A DNA stretch of 64,000 bases, taken from Acanthaster planci (Eukaryota). The stretch is taken from positions 1-64,000 of the forward strand of contig NW_019091359.1 of NCBI RefSeq assembly GCF_001949145.1, in the 5' to 3' direction. A program made the position numbers and the translations under genes. Below, in pieces: positions 12,361 to 24,740 of the stretch. Below the pieces are notes generated by a model. The model was given only the letters and a program-made list of their open reading frames with translations, was not told the origin of the DNA and did no database searches. Position 1 is the stretch's first letter. Every line of letters starts with the position of its first letter.

Positions 12361-12698
12361 CTTCATGTTTTAGGAATATTTACTATCAGTTCTATTCCTT
12401 TGGCATGTTTTCCAGATCTCACGATAATGCTGGAATTCTACATCATCGTAAAAACGTCATATACTGTGGAGGCATTCATTGCAGTATTGAAGCTTTCAAT
12501 TCTTTGGCTAATCTCCCTGTGCATTAGTCACATATTATACCAGAAACACATGCAGTAATTTCATATTAAATGGGTGATAGTCTTTAAGTTTGAAATAAGA
12601 AGTCTGCTATATTTCAAGGTAAAAAAATTGTGCCACACATTTGCCAAAATTTGAACTCAAGCATATCACACTTTATTCTGGTTTTCTTTATTCCTTAG

Positions 12699-12788
12699 CT
12701 GCACACAAAGGAAACATGGTTGAAAAAAGGTTTAGCAATTAAACCTGATGAAAAGCCTTACAAAATGGTCAGAGCCAGACTGAGAAAG
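12699..12788 (+). CDS. XPC: XPC/Rad4 internal coding exon (BHD2 region), phase 0/0, LHTKETWLKKGLAIKPDEKPYKMVRARLRK
   Basis: Polypyrimidine tract + AG at 12697-12698 (ttctttattccttag), 90-nt open exon, GTAAGA donor at 12789. The peptide matches the XPC/Rad4 LHSxxTWLKxxxxVxxxExPYKMV motif. Confidence 0.9.
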
Positions 12789-12951
12789 GTAAGATGATTT
12801 ATTTTACATCTTTACTTTATGAAATGGTGCTTTCAAATACCTGAAGATGTATTCATCTGGTGTTACTAATCATCACAGAAAATGTATGCTGTTGAATGAA
12901 AGGTATTTCGTATACTTAAATCACACTGTTTGGGTTTTGTTTTTTGATATA

Positions 12952-14126
12952 CAGTAAAATTTGATAACTCAAAGTCGGCTAACTCGAAACTCCGCTTAAC
13001 TCGAAGAATAATTAATTCCTGCCGAAAGAATTGGCTTTTATGTACAAAAACATATCCATAACTCGAACTGCTCACTTTGCCAGATTCGTTCACCTCAAAG
13101 TTTTTGTTTCGCAGCTCCAAAAGAAACCGCCACCGAAATACTTCCAGAAAGTGTAAACAGAACACGGGTCTAGTTATGAATCATTTCTTACACACACACT
13201 TCGTCTTTTCACACCGGAACACTTGCAAGTGCGCTACAATGATGATCAATCTACACGCGTAAACCACACCGTGACCGCAAAATCCAACTTGCAGGAATTG
13301 GCCCAATTGTTACTGTAGGCCCATTGTAGCCAGTGTGTCGGCAGGCCAACTGATGGCTCTTTGTGTGTGGCTGCGGCAATGCATTGGAGATCTTTGTGTA
13401 TGCTGCACGTGCCACACGTATGGAAGCTAAGTCTGGCCTTATGATCTGGCCCAGCTGCTTGCGCTCGCCCGTGCGATGGCTGCCCAATTAGAGCCACAAA
13501 CCACAGCATGCTCACGTGCAGTGGACCAACCATGTGACTGCAACACACAGCTTTTGCGCAGCCAAATCTCACTCAAAAGTTTGAAAATAACGGACGAAGA
13601 AAAAAAAAATAAAAACAGACACCAATAGCATTTTTGTTTTTAAGAAATTTTATTGAAGCGCAAAAAGATGCACCCCCTTGTGATGAAAAAAGGCGTCAGA
13701 CTCATCGAGTACGCATGTGCAAGGCACTGCGTTGTGGTGCGGTATCAGAAATGGGACCACCGCAATGCGTCACACATGCACAACGCAAAACAAAAATTTG
13801 CCACACAAAGGTACACAGTTTAAATGATTTACAGTACGTGTAATGTGTTATTTATCAGCCGATTGACAACAAAAACCCTCTGCAAAAATGTCTTTCTATG
13901 AACAAAAACTTGTGACACCAACGTATAAAATAACCACAATGTCATTTCAAAAGTCATCATAGGGAGATTTACAGTAACTGTGCATCATTGTACAGGTACA
14001 TGTTATGACACACATCGTAATAATGACTGAATTTCAAAAGAAATCGGGACCTTCTTTTAATTTGAATTTCGGATAACTCAAATTTTTTGTCCATGCCCCA
14101 GAGATTCGAGGTATCGAGATTTGTGA
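12952..14126. mobile_element. Non-autonomous Tc1/mariner-pogo (Tigger-like) element, decayed
   Basis: Left end TA|CAGTAAAATTTGATAACTC with repeated (A/T)TAACTCGAA subterminal motifs. Right end ...GATTCGAGGTATCGAGATTTG is a degenerate inverted counterpart. Confidence 0.55.
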
Positions 14127-14992
14127 TAAATTTGTAATATCCTTTGGGGCCCAGACATTACCCACTTCTAAATGCCTTGATTTAAAACTGCTGTCATACT
14201 TCATTTCACCAATAAAAAGTTGTTCTTGATAGAGAACAAGAAATGTGGATCACTATAGACATGACCATACAAGTCATTTCTCTACTTTTGAAGGGTTTTA
14301 ATGTGAGAGAATACTTCAAATTCATAAGTAGTTTATTCCATTTGCAAATTGTGAATTTATTTTCACCTTCGTGGTAGGTTTTAGGAAATCAGACTTATCC
14401 CCAACCGCCACACATTTCTGTGTAATTATGAGGATATTGAGCTGATTCCCAATCACCTATGACTTCTGTTGGAGTTCCTTTTTTCTTTAACCAATAACAG
14501 TCCTCAAATCTCCAAATCACCCTACATGTAGGGGTTAGAGTTAACGATAAGGACAAATATATAAACTTGAAACAAGGTTCATTAGGCAAGCAGTTTTTTA
14601 AGTTGGTGCTTGGATTTTTTTAGACAAATCTTTGAGGACAGGGAAAAAAGTATTTTCTATGTTCTCAAGAAAAGCAAATAAGGGTCTTCAAGTCGGAGGA
14701 AAGAATGCCAAAAATTGTTTTTAAAAAGAAAAAGGAGGTATCCCTTACCATTGGTGCTGGCCTCACAGGACCAAAGCTCACAAAATTGAAATCAGAGACT
14801 CAGTTGGACAGGGGAGCAAAAAAATTTTCTTTTTTTTTACATATATATCAGTAAATTGTTGGTCGGCAGATCGAAGACTTCTCAAAATGAAGAATTAATT
14901 TTTTTTAACAGTTCTGAATTTGCAAGGTTCGTGGATTGGAGGACCAACTTAAAAAAAATCTCACCTTATGATTTGAACATAACCCTGATCCC

Positions 14993-15410
14993 AAGTTGTC
15001 AGAGTCGTAATGACTTGAGTCAATGACTAGACAGGAGTTTGACTCAAGTCACAATTTCTGGTGACTCAACTGAGTCTTGAATGGTAAATGACTTAATTCA
15101 ACTTGAGTCTCTGCAACCAGATGACTCAACTCAAATCGAATCTCTCATGGAGACTCAACTCGAGTACAAACTTATAAGACTCAAGTCTCAAAATTAAAAG
15201 CAACATTTTAGTTGGCTAGATATATGTACCTGTCACCCAAACTATTTTCAGTATTTCTAATGAAAATAAAAATACCCCAAAATGACTTACATGTTGTGTT
15301 TTTATTGTATTTTGTTCAAACATTGACTCAAATTGACTCCAGCTCCGTACTCGACTTTACTAGACTCAACTTCTTGACCTAACGACTCGAGTCACCAAAT
15401 TTGGTGTCTG
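14993..15410. repeat. MITE-like element rich in GACTC/GAGTC (GACTCGAGTC) subterminal repeats
   Basis: More than ten GACT(C/T)(G/A)A / GAGTC motifs clustered at both ends. Termini not resolved. Confidence 0.5.
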
Positions 15411-16332
15411 CGAGATGTAGATATAAGTGTGACTATGGATTATGCCATCACATTCTTACAGCTTTGTTTCCCAAAATTGCCACATGTATGTTTTGGTTGA
15501 AGCTATTGTGGTCATAATTCTCTTTGATGTATTGAGTGGTTTGTCTATTTAAAGAACAAAATGAAGGCTTTTCCATAGTTTTCAAATGTTGAATTACAGC
15601 ATGAGGAGAATTCCCATACAGCACAATTAATGTCGCTATGCTGAATACCATTTTACCTTATCTTGGTTCCAAGACCTTGTAGTTTATTGTGCAGTCACAT
15701 AAACCCCTTAATCCAAGGATCACTATCACAAACCATCACTGCTAGCATACACTTTCTCCATATGAAAAAATATCTGCCATAAATCGCTATCACAGGAGAG
15801 TCTCGGATATTCAATTTTTTGGGTTTTTTGCTACATTACCTTGACAATTATAGGTCGGGTCCATCGCAAGTCCCCTCACATGTTAACTCCAAAGTCTTTT
15901 AAGAAGTTCAGTCTTAAGCAACAAGGTGAACAGTGACAAAAGAAGGCTTTGATCACAGTTCATTTGAAAAGCTTGTGAACTGGTTTGAGACCAAATGATT
16001 TTTGATGGACTTGTAACGGAGACAGACTTACAGTGACTCTCGGACTTGTGATGGAGTGGCATTCATAACATAAAAAGGGTGGTGTTCATTTGGTGATGGA
16101 TTTTGATTTTTTTTCTTCATTCCCCATTTACTTTTTGTTTTCTTCATTTTTTGTGAATTTGAAACGGCAAAAAAGAGAGATTCTTTGAATGGGTGAGGAC
16201 TCAAAGCATCTGAGCCCATTTGAATCACAGAATATCCAGCTTTTGAGTTGTTTCTCTTTCAACTGTGTTCCCCCATTATTGCCCATATTATACAAGAGAA
16301 CAAGACAGCTTTATTTATGCTTTGAGTCATGG

Positions 16333-17424
16333 CATTCCTGCCAACTGTTCCGATTTAGGCGGAAACATTCCAATTTTAGAGATTAAAAGTGCCCAAAAAC
16401 CGGAACATGCGGATTTTCCAGGTTGCGAAAGAAGAATTGAAAAAAGATCAAAAATATTCAAAAATACCCTGGCCCGCCCATTGCAAAACAATATTGTAAA
16501 ACAATATTGTTGTTTGGTAGACTTGTTCCCGTACCCTATGTCTCTGAAGTGAAAGTTGTGAATAAAAATGTGTCAGCCAGTGTCCATGTAATCTTATGTT
16601 ATTTTATGAAAATTGGGACAGGGACCAGTCTAGTGGTATGAGGGTGCTATTACCACTACTATAATGGTATAAAATCCGCCTTGCTCTTTTGTACGACGAA
16701 AGTCCTCTGAATCAAGCACAGGCCAAGCACGACGTGGTGGACGTATTGACATCGATTGACACTATGCTTGTTTTCCACACACATTGTTTTTACAAGTCTT
16801 CAGTATTTTTTCCGTGGATATTTTGTAAATAGTTTGACCGTTTGTAGCAACTCAACTGCAACATAGACATGGATAAACAGAAAGAAAAAAACAGAGGAGT
16901 AAGAAATTCTGAGAGGAATATGCAATAAAGTATCACTTCATGAAGACTTCACGAAGAGGAGTTCTCAGAATTGCCAAGAAAGCCACCTATCAAGCACTCA
17001 ACCAGCATTGAGCCATCCATCTACCAGTTCCACAGGAGACCAGTAACTGGCATTCATTATGAAAATGCTGCCTCTTCATGCATGATATTTTTGGTAACTT
17101 CTTTTTATGTGGTTTAATCCTTCTGATATTTCTGTTTACCATTCAACATTCTATAAACCATAATTCATTAGAGGCCCTGTAAACAGCAATTTTTGTATGA
17201 TTCTTCAGGCTTAAGACTCATACAAAATTGATGTTTGCAGGGCCTCTCATGGAGGTTCAAAAGTGCCAAAAAGCAGGAGCTTCCGGGGACACTGACCCCT
17301 GAACCCCACCAGGGGCCCTACAGTGGGCCCCTGGACCCCAGCCATTCAGTGCAAGCGTCTGCGACACTCGCCGAATGTTATTGGAGGTGTTCCTCTTTCT
17401 GACTTTCCAATGTTGGCAGGTATG
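16333..17424 (+). mobile_element. Internally deleted hAT-like DNA transposon
   Basis: TIRs CATTCCTGCCAAC (16333) / GTTGGCAGGTATG (17412-17424), flanked by TCATGG / CCATGG. Internal remnant MDKQKEK..RSKKF*EEYAIKYHFMKTSRRG (~16869-16960) resembles a hAT transposase N-terminus. Confidence 0.6.
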
Positions 17425-17574
17425 CCATGGGATAAATTCCATCATTTTCCCAGTGGTAGCTAGCTATGTAAATCTGCATATGTGCAATCAAGCTTTACTC
17501 TTTGAATTGAGTAACTCTTTGGCTAGGTGCACAACTATTTTTTGCATTCATATGCACAGTGCATGCTTATGAAG

Positions 17575-17969
17575 CAGTGTTGTAGTCGAGTACTTTTCGA
17601 GTACCAACGTTCTCCCGAAAATACTGAACTGGGTAAGAGGGAAAAAGTCAGAGTGCACAGGCATTTGATGGTAAATGTGCAAAGGTAAGATTACAAAATA
17701 AATGTTAGACTTCAGACACTCCCAGTTGTGTAAAATTTAAGTTTTAAGGAGAAAAGTACTTGGAAAGTACTGAGTACTTTCCGTGTTCTTTTGTCCTAAA
17801 AAGTTAATTTTAATCAACCAGTAATGGTCTGAAGTCATTATCTTGCTTTGTAATCGCACCTTTATGCATGTTCTATCAAATGCCGATGTACTTCAGCTTT
17901 GGTCCCTCATAACTAGTTAAATATTTGGTTGAGAACTTGGTTCTCAAAAAGTACTCGACTACATCACTG
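17575..17969. mobile_element. hAT-superfamily MITE (395 bp) with perfect 8-bp TSD
   Basis: TIRs CAGTGTTGTAGTCGAGTACTTTT / AAAAGTACTCGACTACATCACTG. TSD TTATGAAG at 17567-17574 and 17970-17977. Confidence 0.9.
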
Positions 17970-20607
17970 TTATGAAGTAACACATAGAAACATGCAGTCC
18001 ACACCATCAGTTGATCGTGGGGTGCACACAGTGTCTTCATTACCTCAAATGTCCAAATGGATTGATATATATAATAGCCGCAGAAATATGCTATATTTAT
18101 TAAATCCTGTCGATATGACTCTACAGAGTTAGGTCTTTTTACACTACCAAGAAGAAAATTTGTCGAGCAGCTAATAGGGGAACCGCAGTTCACTGTCTCC
18201 CGCTCCCCCCGAGAGGGGTACCGGCCGCGCCACCTTCAAGCGCTACGTGACCAGGCTGGAGTCTTCAGGTCCAACTTTCACAGAGATCCCGCTTAACTGC
18301 TCTTGCATCGAGATCTTTGATTCAATCAGCAAGGCCTCACACTGGTGCCTTATCTTCCTCCACGATCGTTCGCGATTAATGGCGCGCGTGACAATCCGGT
18401 TTGAATATGCGCATTTTAATTAGGTTTTTGTAACCTGAAACCACGCCAGAAGATATGATTCGTCCGCGACTGTGACGTCACTATGTTAATGCACGTAGAC
18501 ATTTCTGCGCGTAAAAAAACGAACTTCAAAGTACAATGTTGGGTTCTTGCTGTAGTTCAAGAGTTGATGTAATTTTTTAATATTGTCACTATCAAGCTAA
18601 GATTTTTTGGTGAGAAAGATTGCCCGATCTCGTCAGCCTATTTCGGATTTAGAAGGTCAAGTTCACGTGTGATTGAATAGGAACTTATCCGTGCGTTGAA
18701 GAATAGCCACATTGTTTCTAGACAGCAGTTACCAGTGAACATTAAGTTTTGAAAGTCTTAAAAGTCTTGGAAATAAGTACACTTAGATAAGAGAATAAAT
18801 TAAATAATGTCTTAAATAATGTCTTAAACTGTCAATGATGACAATACAAAACCACCAGATATTAATTCACAAGGAAACAAGGGAGCTTAGACTGCAAGCA
18901 AAATTCAGTGTTTTGTTGATTTATTGAAAATGTCAATCACAAATCAGTACAGAAATTTTACACATCTCATTCTTTCTTTAAGCTGCCCATGGAGGAAGGA
19001 GGGGCCTTTGCTTCTTTAAATGGTCCAGATTTCCTGCGTTTGTAGTCATTTTCAAAGACCTCAACAACAGCTGTATGAATAGAACGCCTGAATTATGAAA
19101 TTGTGTAACGGCTTTGTTGCTCAACCGCATTTAATGCTGGTAAAAAAATTTGTACATAAAACATGAAACTTTCCTGTGAGTTCTATTACATGAACAGAAC
19201 CTCGGGGGTACACTCTGGGTTCAAAACAATTCGTTTCTGCAAAAAATCTTTTGAAACGCCTATTTTTTTCACAGTTTTCTANNNNNNNNNNNNNNNNNNN
19301 NNNNNNNNNNNNNNNNNNNNNNNNNNNNNNNNNNNNNNNNNNNNNNNNNNNNNNNNNNNNNNNNNNNNNNNNNNNNNNNNNNNNNNNNNNNNNNNNNNNN
19401 NNNNNNNNNNNNNNNNNNNNNNNNNNNNNNNNNNNNNNNNNNNNNNNNNNNNNNNNNNNNNNNNNNNNNNNNNNNNNNNNNNNNNNNNNNNNNNNNNNNN
19501 NNNNNNNNNNNNNNNNNNNNNNNNNNNNNNNNNNNNNNNNNNNNNNNNNNNNNNNNNNNNNNNNNNNNNNNNNNNNNNNNNNNNNNNNNNNNNNNNNNNN
19601 NNNNNNNNNNNNNNNNNNNNNNNNNNNNNNNNNNNNNNNNNNNNNNNNNNNNNNNNNNNNNNNNNNNNNNNNNNNNNNNNNNNNNNNNNNNNNNNNNNNN
19701 NNNNNNNNNNNNNNNNNNNNNNNNNNNNNNNNNNNNNNNNNNNNNNNNNNNNNNNNNNNNNNNNNNNNNNNNNNNNNNNNNNNNNNNNNNNNNNNNNNNN
19801 NNNNNNNNNNNNNNNNNNNNNNNNNNNNNNNNNNNNNNNNNNNNNNNNNNNNNNNNNNNNNNNNNNNNNNNNNNNNNNNNNNNNNNNNNNNNNNNNNNNN
19901 NNNNNNNNNNNNNNNNNNNNNNNNNNNNNNNNNNNNNNNNNNNNNNNNNNNNNNNNNNNNNNNNNNNNNNNNNNNNNNNNNNNNNNNNNNNNNNNNNNNN
20001 NNNGAAACAAAGAAGCCTATAATTTCACATTTTCACGAAACATGCAGCATTAGCTCCAAACTAGAGAATTCTCCCACTTTTCACGACATGGTACAAAGTG
20101 CATCACAAGCAATTTCAAATCGAAATGTCACCAAAAATATGATATTCAAGGGTGGGTTTTCATGACTAAAAAATATTTTAGCTGTCTTCCCGCAGCAAAA
20201 ATAATGAACACTGGACCCTCGTTCACCAAATTTAAGAAGGTAGATTTCTGTAAAAAATGCGGTTTTAAAATATCCTTACTTTTTCTGACAAATACTGAAA
20301 AAATTAACGATTTTATTCAAAAATGTGTCGAAAATTTGACCTTGCATAAATTCACTTTGGAATGGAATATTTTTATCATTTAAAAAATATTTATCATTTT
20401 GATGAATCCATCTAAGCAACTGGGGTGACTAGAAACCGCCAGATACGATGTCGTCACTGGAAAGAGGGGATGTAATTGGAGAGTCGTCTCAAGTTTATCT
20501 CCGCAGCTCCCAAGGGATTAAAAATTAATATTCATAAGCGATAATGAGGGGCGCCATTTTCAAAATGTTTGGCGCATGCGTAAACACACCTACACGAGCG
20601 GCCAATC

Positions 20608-23240
20608 GTGCCTCGGGACCTGGCTTATTACTACTTCGGCCGGAGGGAGGACTACGATAACTTCTTATCGGTGCAGGAAATTCCAGACGCAGCCCGGGAC
20701 AAAATCATCACGGACTCAGGAAAGGCTCCTCGGAAGTTGATCTTCTGTGATAGCAACAAGTCCCACCTTGAGTTAGCCCTGGTTAAAGTGGACAAGGCTT
20801 TTGGCCTCAGCCTTCGCTGTTCAGCCTTCCTCTTTCTCTCGGAATACATGGCATGTGCATGCGAGCAGAATTCACCAGTGTCCCCAGACTTCGCGGCTCT
20901 GGCACTCCGGGGCCTAGATGAGGGCTTGGCCCTCACCTTCAAGCAATTCACTCGGATCTCCTGCTTGGCTTCCTCCACTCACAGAGCCAACACCTTGGAG
21001 GCAATGCATATCCCTCATGAAGGCGTGAAGTCTAGATTTCAAGATCTCCCACTTTCTTCACCGGCAAGTTTCTGGAATCTCTTGAGGCCAAAGCCAAATG
21101 CATCGACACCACGAAGAAACTCAACTTCGGGGGACCCGATGACTCCAGCTTTGCAGCAACCTCAGCCGCGTCAGCTTCAGAATCCCAAGCCACTTCCACC
21201 CAGGACACAATCTTTTTGCCCTCTGCTCCCACAACTGACCAAGCGTCGTGCCTAAGTCCGTTCCTCGACCCAACCCCCCGGCAAAGGTCAACTCGAGGAT
21301 CTTCGTCGCCCCCCCAAAGTACTTCGGGGGTCGTCACCAATGACTGCGCCACTTCACATCAGTGTTTTTGCCTCTCCCTCCAACACCCAACTTCTGACCT
21401 TCTGCAGGAGATCTCAGCACCCCCAAGCCTGGGCCACAAACTCCCTGCAGGTCAACTGGCCAGGAATCCTGGGATATGCCTTTCCACCCATCTCCCTGAT
21501 CCCGACGGTGCTCTCCAAGGTCAAATACGAACATTGTCGGTTACTTCTAAGCTCACCATTCTGGCCTCACCAACCATGGTTCCCAGACTGACGAGGCTCG
21601 TGGTCTGTCGTCCTCTAGTCCTTCCTGACAGATCTGACATCCTTCACCAGCCCAACTCCGGCATCCTTCATCCAGCTCCAAGGGGTCTGCACTTAACTTG
21701 TTGGACATTATCCAACGATCCTTCCGCTTGGCGGGACTTTCTTGCCACACTGCAGCCATGGCCGCACGGGGAAGACGTCTATCCACCTGTAAAATTTACG
21801 ACAGCAGAATGCGGCATTTCACTAAGTGGTGTGAAGAACAGACTCTGGCTCCAACTGATGCTCCTCTGAATGCTGTTGCCGATTTCCTGTTACACTTATT
21901 CGAGCCCTGGCTGCCATCCACACTGGTTTTGAGGATGGCTCTGACATCTCCAACAACCTGATACTGCACCACCTCCTCCGTGGAATGTTTGTAGAGCGTC
22001 CCCCTACGAAGAAGTTAGTTGCATCTTTGGAATCAAATAAGGTTCTCCGGATGCTTGCCGGTCCTCCCTTTGAACCCTTGAGTAACACGTCCTTCCTACA
22101 CACTATTATTAAGCTGACCTTCCTCTTTGCAGCAGTCACATCTAGAAGAGGCTGCAAATTACAAACGCTCTCAGTAGTTGAGGGTCATCTGTGCTGGGAG
22201 CCTCACGGGGTCTGCCTCATTCCCGCTGTTGGTTTTTTAACCAAGAACCAAACTCCATCCTTTGAGCCCCCAGATATCTTCATGCATACGATTTCCTCGC
22301 ATTCTGGGGATGATGCTGATAAACTCTGGCATCCGGTTTGTACTTTGAAATGGTACTTGGCCAATACTAAGGGTCTCAGCGGATTGACGACTCAACTGTT
22401 ACCACCTCAACAAGCCCATATCGCCCAGCAGCAAGAGACACGATAGCCCGCTGGACGGTTGCAGCCATCAAGTTTGCTAACCCGGATTGGCCTTCACAAC
22501 CTGATGAGCAAGGTAATCACTACATCAGGGCTCACGACGTTAGAGCAATTTGTACTTCATCGTCTTACTTTCGAGGTGTTCCTATTGCAGACATAAGTAA
22601 ACCTGCAAGCTGGAAGTTTCCCTCTACCTTCACTTTCTGCTACCTGAGGGACGTCCTGCTTAATGACTCTTTACATGGCAGGACAGTTCTACTCCCTCTA
22701 GCACGAACTCCGGCAACAAGGGCGGACAACGAAGCTCATGAGGAATCCCACTAGTGTGAGTCCAGTTATGTTTTTACCTATCATGAGCACCTCTCACTGA
22801 CATTTCTGCATTTTTCTTCCAGTTGGTTACATAACTATTATCTCTTTGGCTGTTGCATGCTCAGTAGCCAACCCACCACCAGTAACGGTGCCACTCTGCA
22901 TATGTAGTGACTGTTTGGGTAGTTAGAGCGCAGTAAGACTCCTCCCGACATTGATTGTGTGGGTCGGGTCAATTAGGCAACACCTACCCAAACAGTCCTC
23001 TCCCGCCTGTCCTCCCCCGCCTGTCCTCCCCATCAGGCTACGACTTTAGTCGCTTTCGAAAAGAAGGACGATCATGGCGGCGAGACCATAGTGCATAGTG
23101 GGAGGTCATAGGGCATCTCAGATGATAAAGTCTTATTCATCGATTGGCCATGCACGCATGGGAAATTTGCATATGTAGTGACTGTTTGGGTAGGTATTCT
23201 CCAGTAGACCCGACCCATACAATCAATGTGGGGGAGGAAT
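20608..23240 (+). mobile_element. DIRS1-like retrotransposon copy B: gag (20608-21255), adenine-methyltransferase-like domain (~21350-21720), tyrosine recombinase (~21760-22680), ICR/ITR 3' end; RT/RNase H absent
   Basis: FASPSNTQL...YAFPPISLIPTVLSKV...PFWPHQPWFPD (DIRS MTase-like domain). Also STCKIYDSRMRHFTKWC, KLTFLFAAVTSRR, RAHDVRA and WKFPSTFTFCYLRDV. 22939-22997 is the reverse complement of 23180-23238. Confidence 0.9.
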
Positions 23241-23244
23241 TTGG

Positions 23245-24192
23245 TTGTTAGTGCATCACCTGGTGCTATTTGAAACTTAGGAGTCTGGTTTGATTCAGAA
23301 CTTCAATTGGGAAGTCACATCAGTAAAATCAGCAGTCAATCATTTTATCATCTGTATAATTTGCACAGAATTAATTAGGAAGTACTTGACTCGTCAATCC
23401 ACAGGGTCTTTAGTACATGCCTTTGTAACAAGCAAATTAGTTTATTGTAACAGTTTACTGTATGGTCTTCCCAAAACTCACATTGGTAAATTAAGGAGAA
23501 TTCAAAATGTTGCAGCCAGAGTACCTGTTACATTACCCCTGTTTTGTACTCTATTCATTGGTTACCAGCGGTCTATCCTATACAGTTTAAAAGTTTGCTT
23601 TTAATGTTTAAATGTATACATGGAACAGCTCCAAAATATCTTTCTGATTTGTTATCTGTTGTTCATCAAAATAGATACAGTTTGCGTTCAACTGATGGTA
23701 TCCTACTGACTCCAGGGACCATTAGGTGTAGAGTAACATTAGGTGATTGTGCGTTTCAGACGGCTGCCCCAAAGCTATGGAATAAACTTCCATCTTGGAT
23801 AAGAAATATTATTAGGGTTACTGAATTTAAAACAGAAGTAAAAACTTGTCGTTTTAAACAGGCTTTTAATGTATAAAAATGGATATGTACTGGATGGTTG
23901 TGATTGCAATGTATTTTGCTGTATTTTTTACTGATGTACTAACAGTGCACTTTTGATGATATTTGATGGCTTATGGTTTAATACACTTTTTGATGGTGTT
24001 TTATTTATGTACCTTTATTGATGTATGAGTGAAATATTGATGTTGTACTCTTGATGATGTATTATTGATGAATTAATGTGTTATTTATGGTGTTTTTTTC
24101 CTTTTATTTATATATATATTATGTAAATTGCATAAGAACATATACAAATGAAATATGTGCTATATAAGTGTAATTATTATTAATTATTATTA
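23245..24192 (+). mobile_element. 5'-truncated L2-clade LINE 3' end with AT-rich UTR and (ATT)n tail
   Basis: IRKYLT..STGSLVHAFVTSKLVYCNSLLYGLP...LRRIQNVAAR, HWLPA..IQFK.LLL.FKC, AFQTAAPKLWNKLP. Tail aattattattaattattattat at ~24172-24193. Confidence 0.85.
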
Positions 24193-24324
24193 TGTCCGGG
24201 AAAATGAAAGTAAAGTTTTAAAACAAAATTGTTGAAAATCCATCATACATGTATGTTGAATTTTGACTCTCTGAGTAAAAAGGTATTAATGAACGGGAAT
24301 AAATATGTGCTTTGCCTATCTTAA

Positions 24325-24740
24325 CCCCTTCGCACCGGGAGGTGGCTAGAAACGCCGTAAAAATTGAGATCCTCAGCCCACTTTTCAGCTATTATTCTCT
24401 ACCTACGCTCGAGTGAACACGGTGAAAGAAGGCAGACCCTGGCTCTTGTATATATGGTAATTGGTCTTTGTGCGTAGCCCAGAAATGAAAAGACCGAATT
24501 TGCATCATAATCACCAGCTCCACAATAGTCCCCACTTTGAAAAGAGGCAATGGGAAAGTGGAAGGGTGAGTAGAGCCACATGCCTCCGAACAATCAGCCT
24601 TTTCACCATGTAATTCAAAGCGTGCAGAGCACGCAGGGCCACAAACCGAGACTTTGCGGTTTGGCAGGTGGCCTTCATGGCCAAGCGAGGCTGGAATTCT
24701 TGGAATCGGCTTTCGGGAAGACATTCCTGTCATCAAGGAG
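24325..24740. mobile_element. piggyBac-type non-autonomous element (TTAA TSD)
   Basis: TTAA|CCCCTT at 24321-24330 and AAGGAG|TTAA at 24735-24744. The TIR match is short and imperfect. Confidence 0.45.

Noticed and set aside
16620..16650. tRNA-like start GGGACCAGTCTAGTGGTATGA
   Set aside because: No B-box/T-arm or cloverleaf follows.
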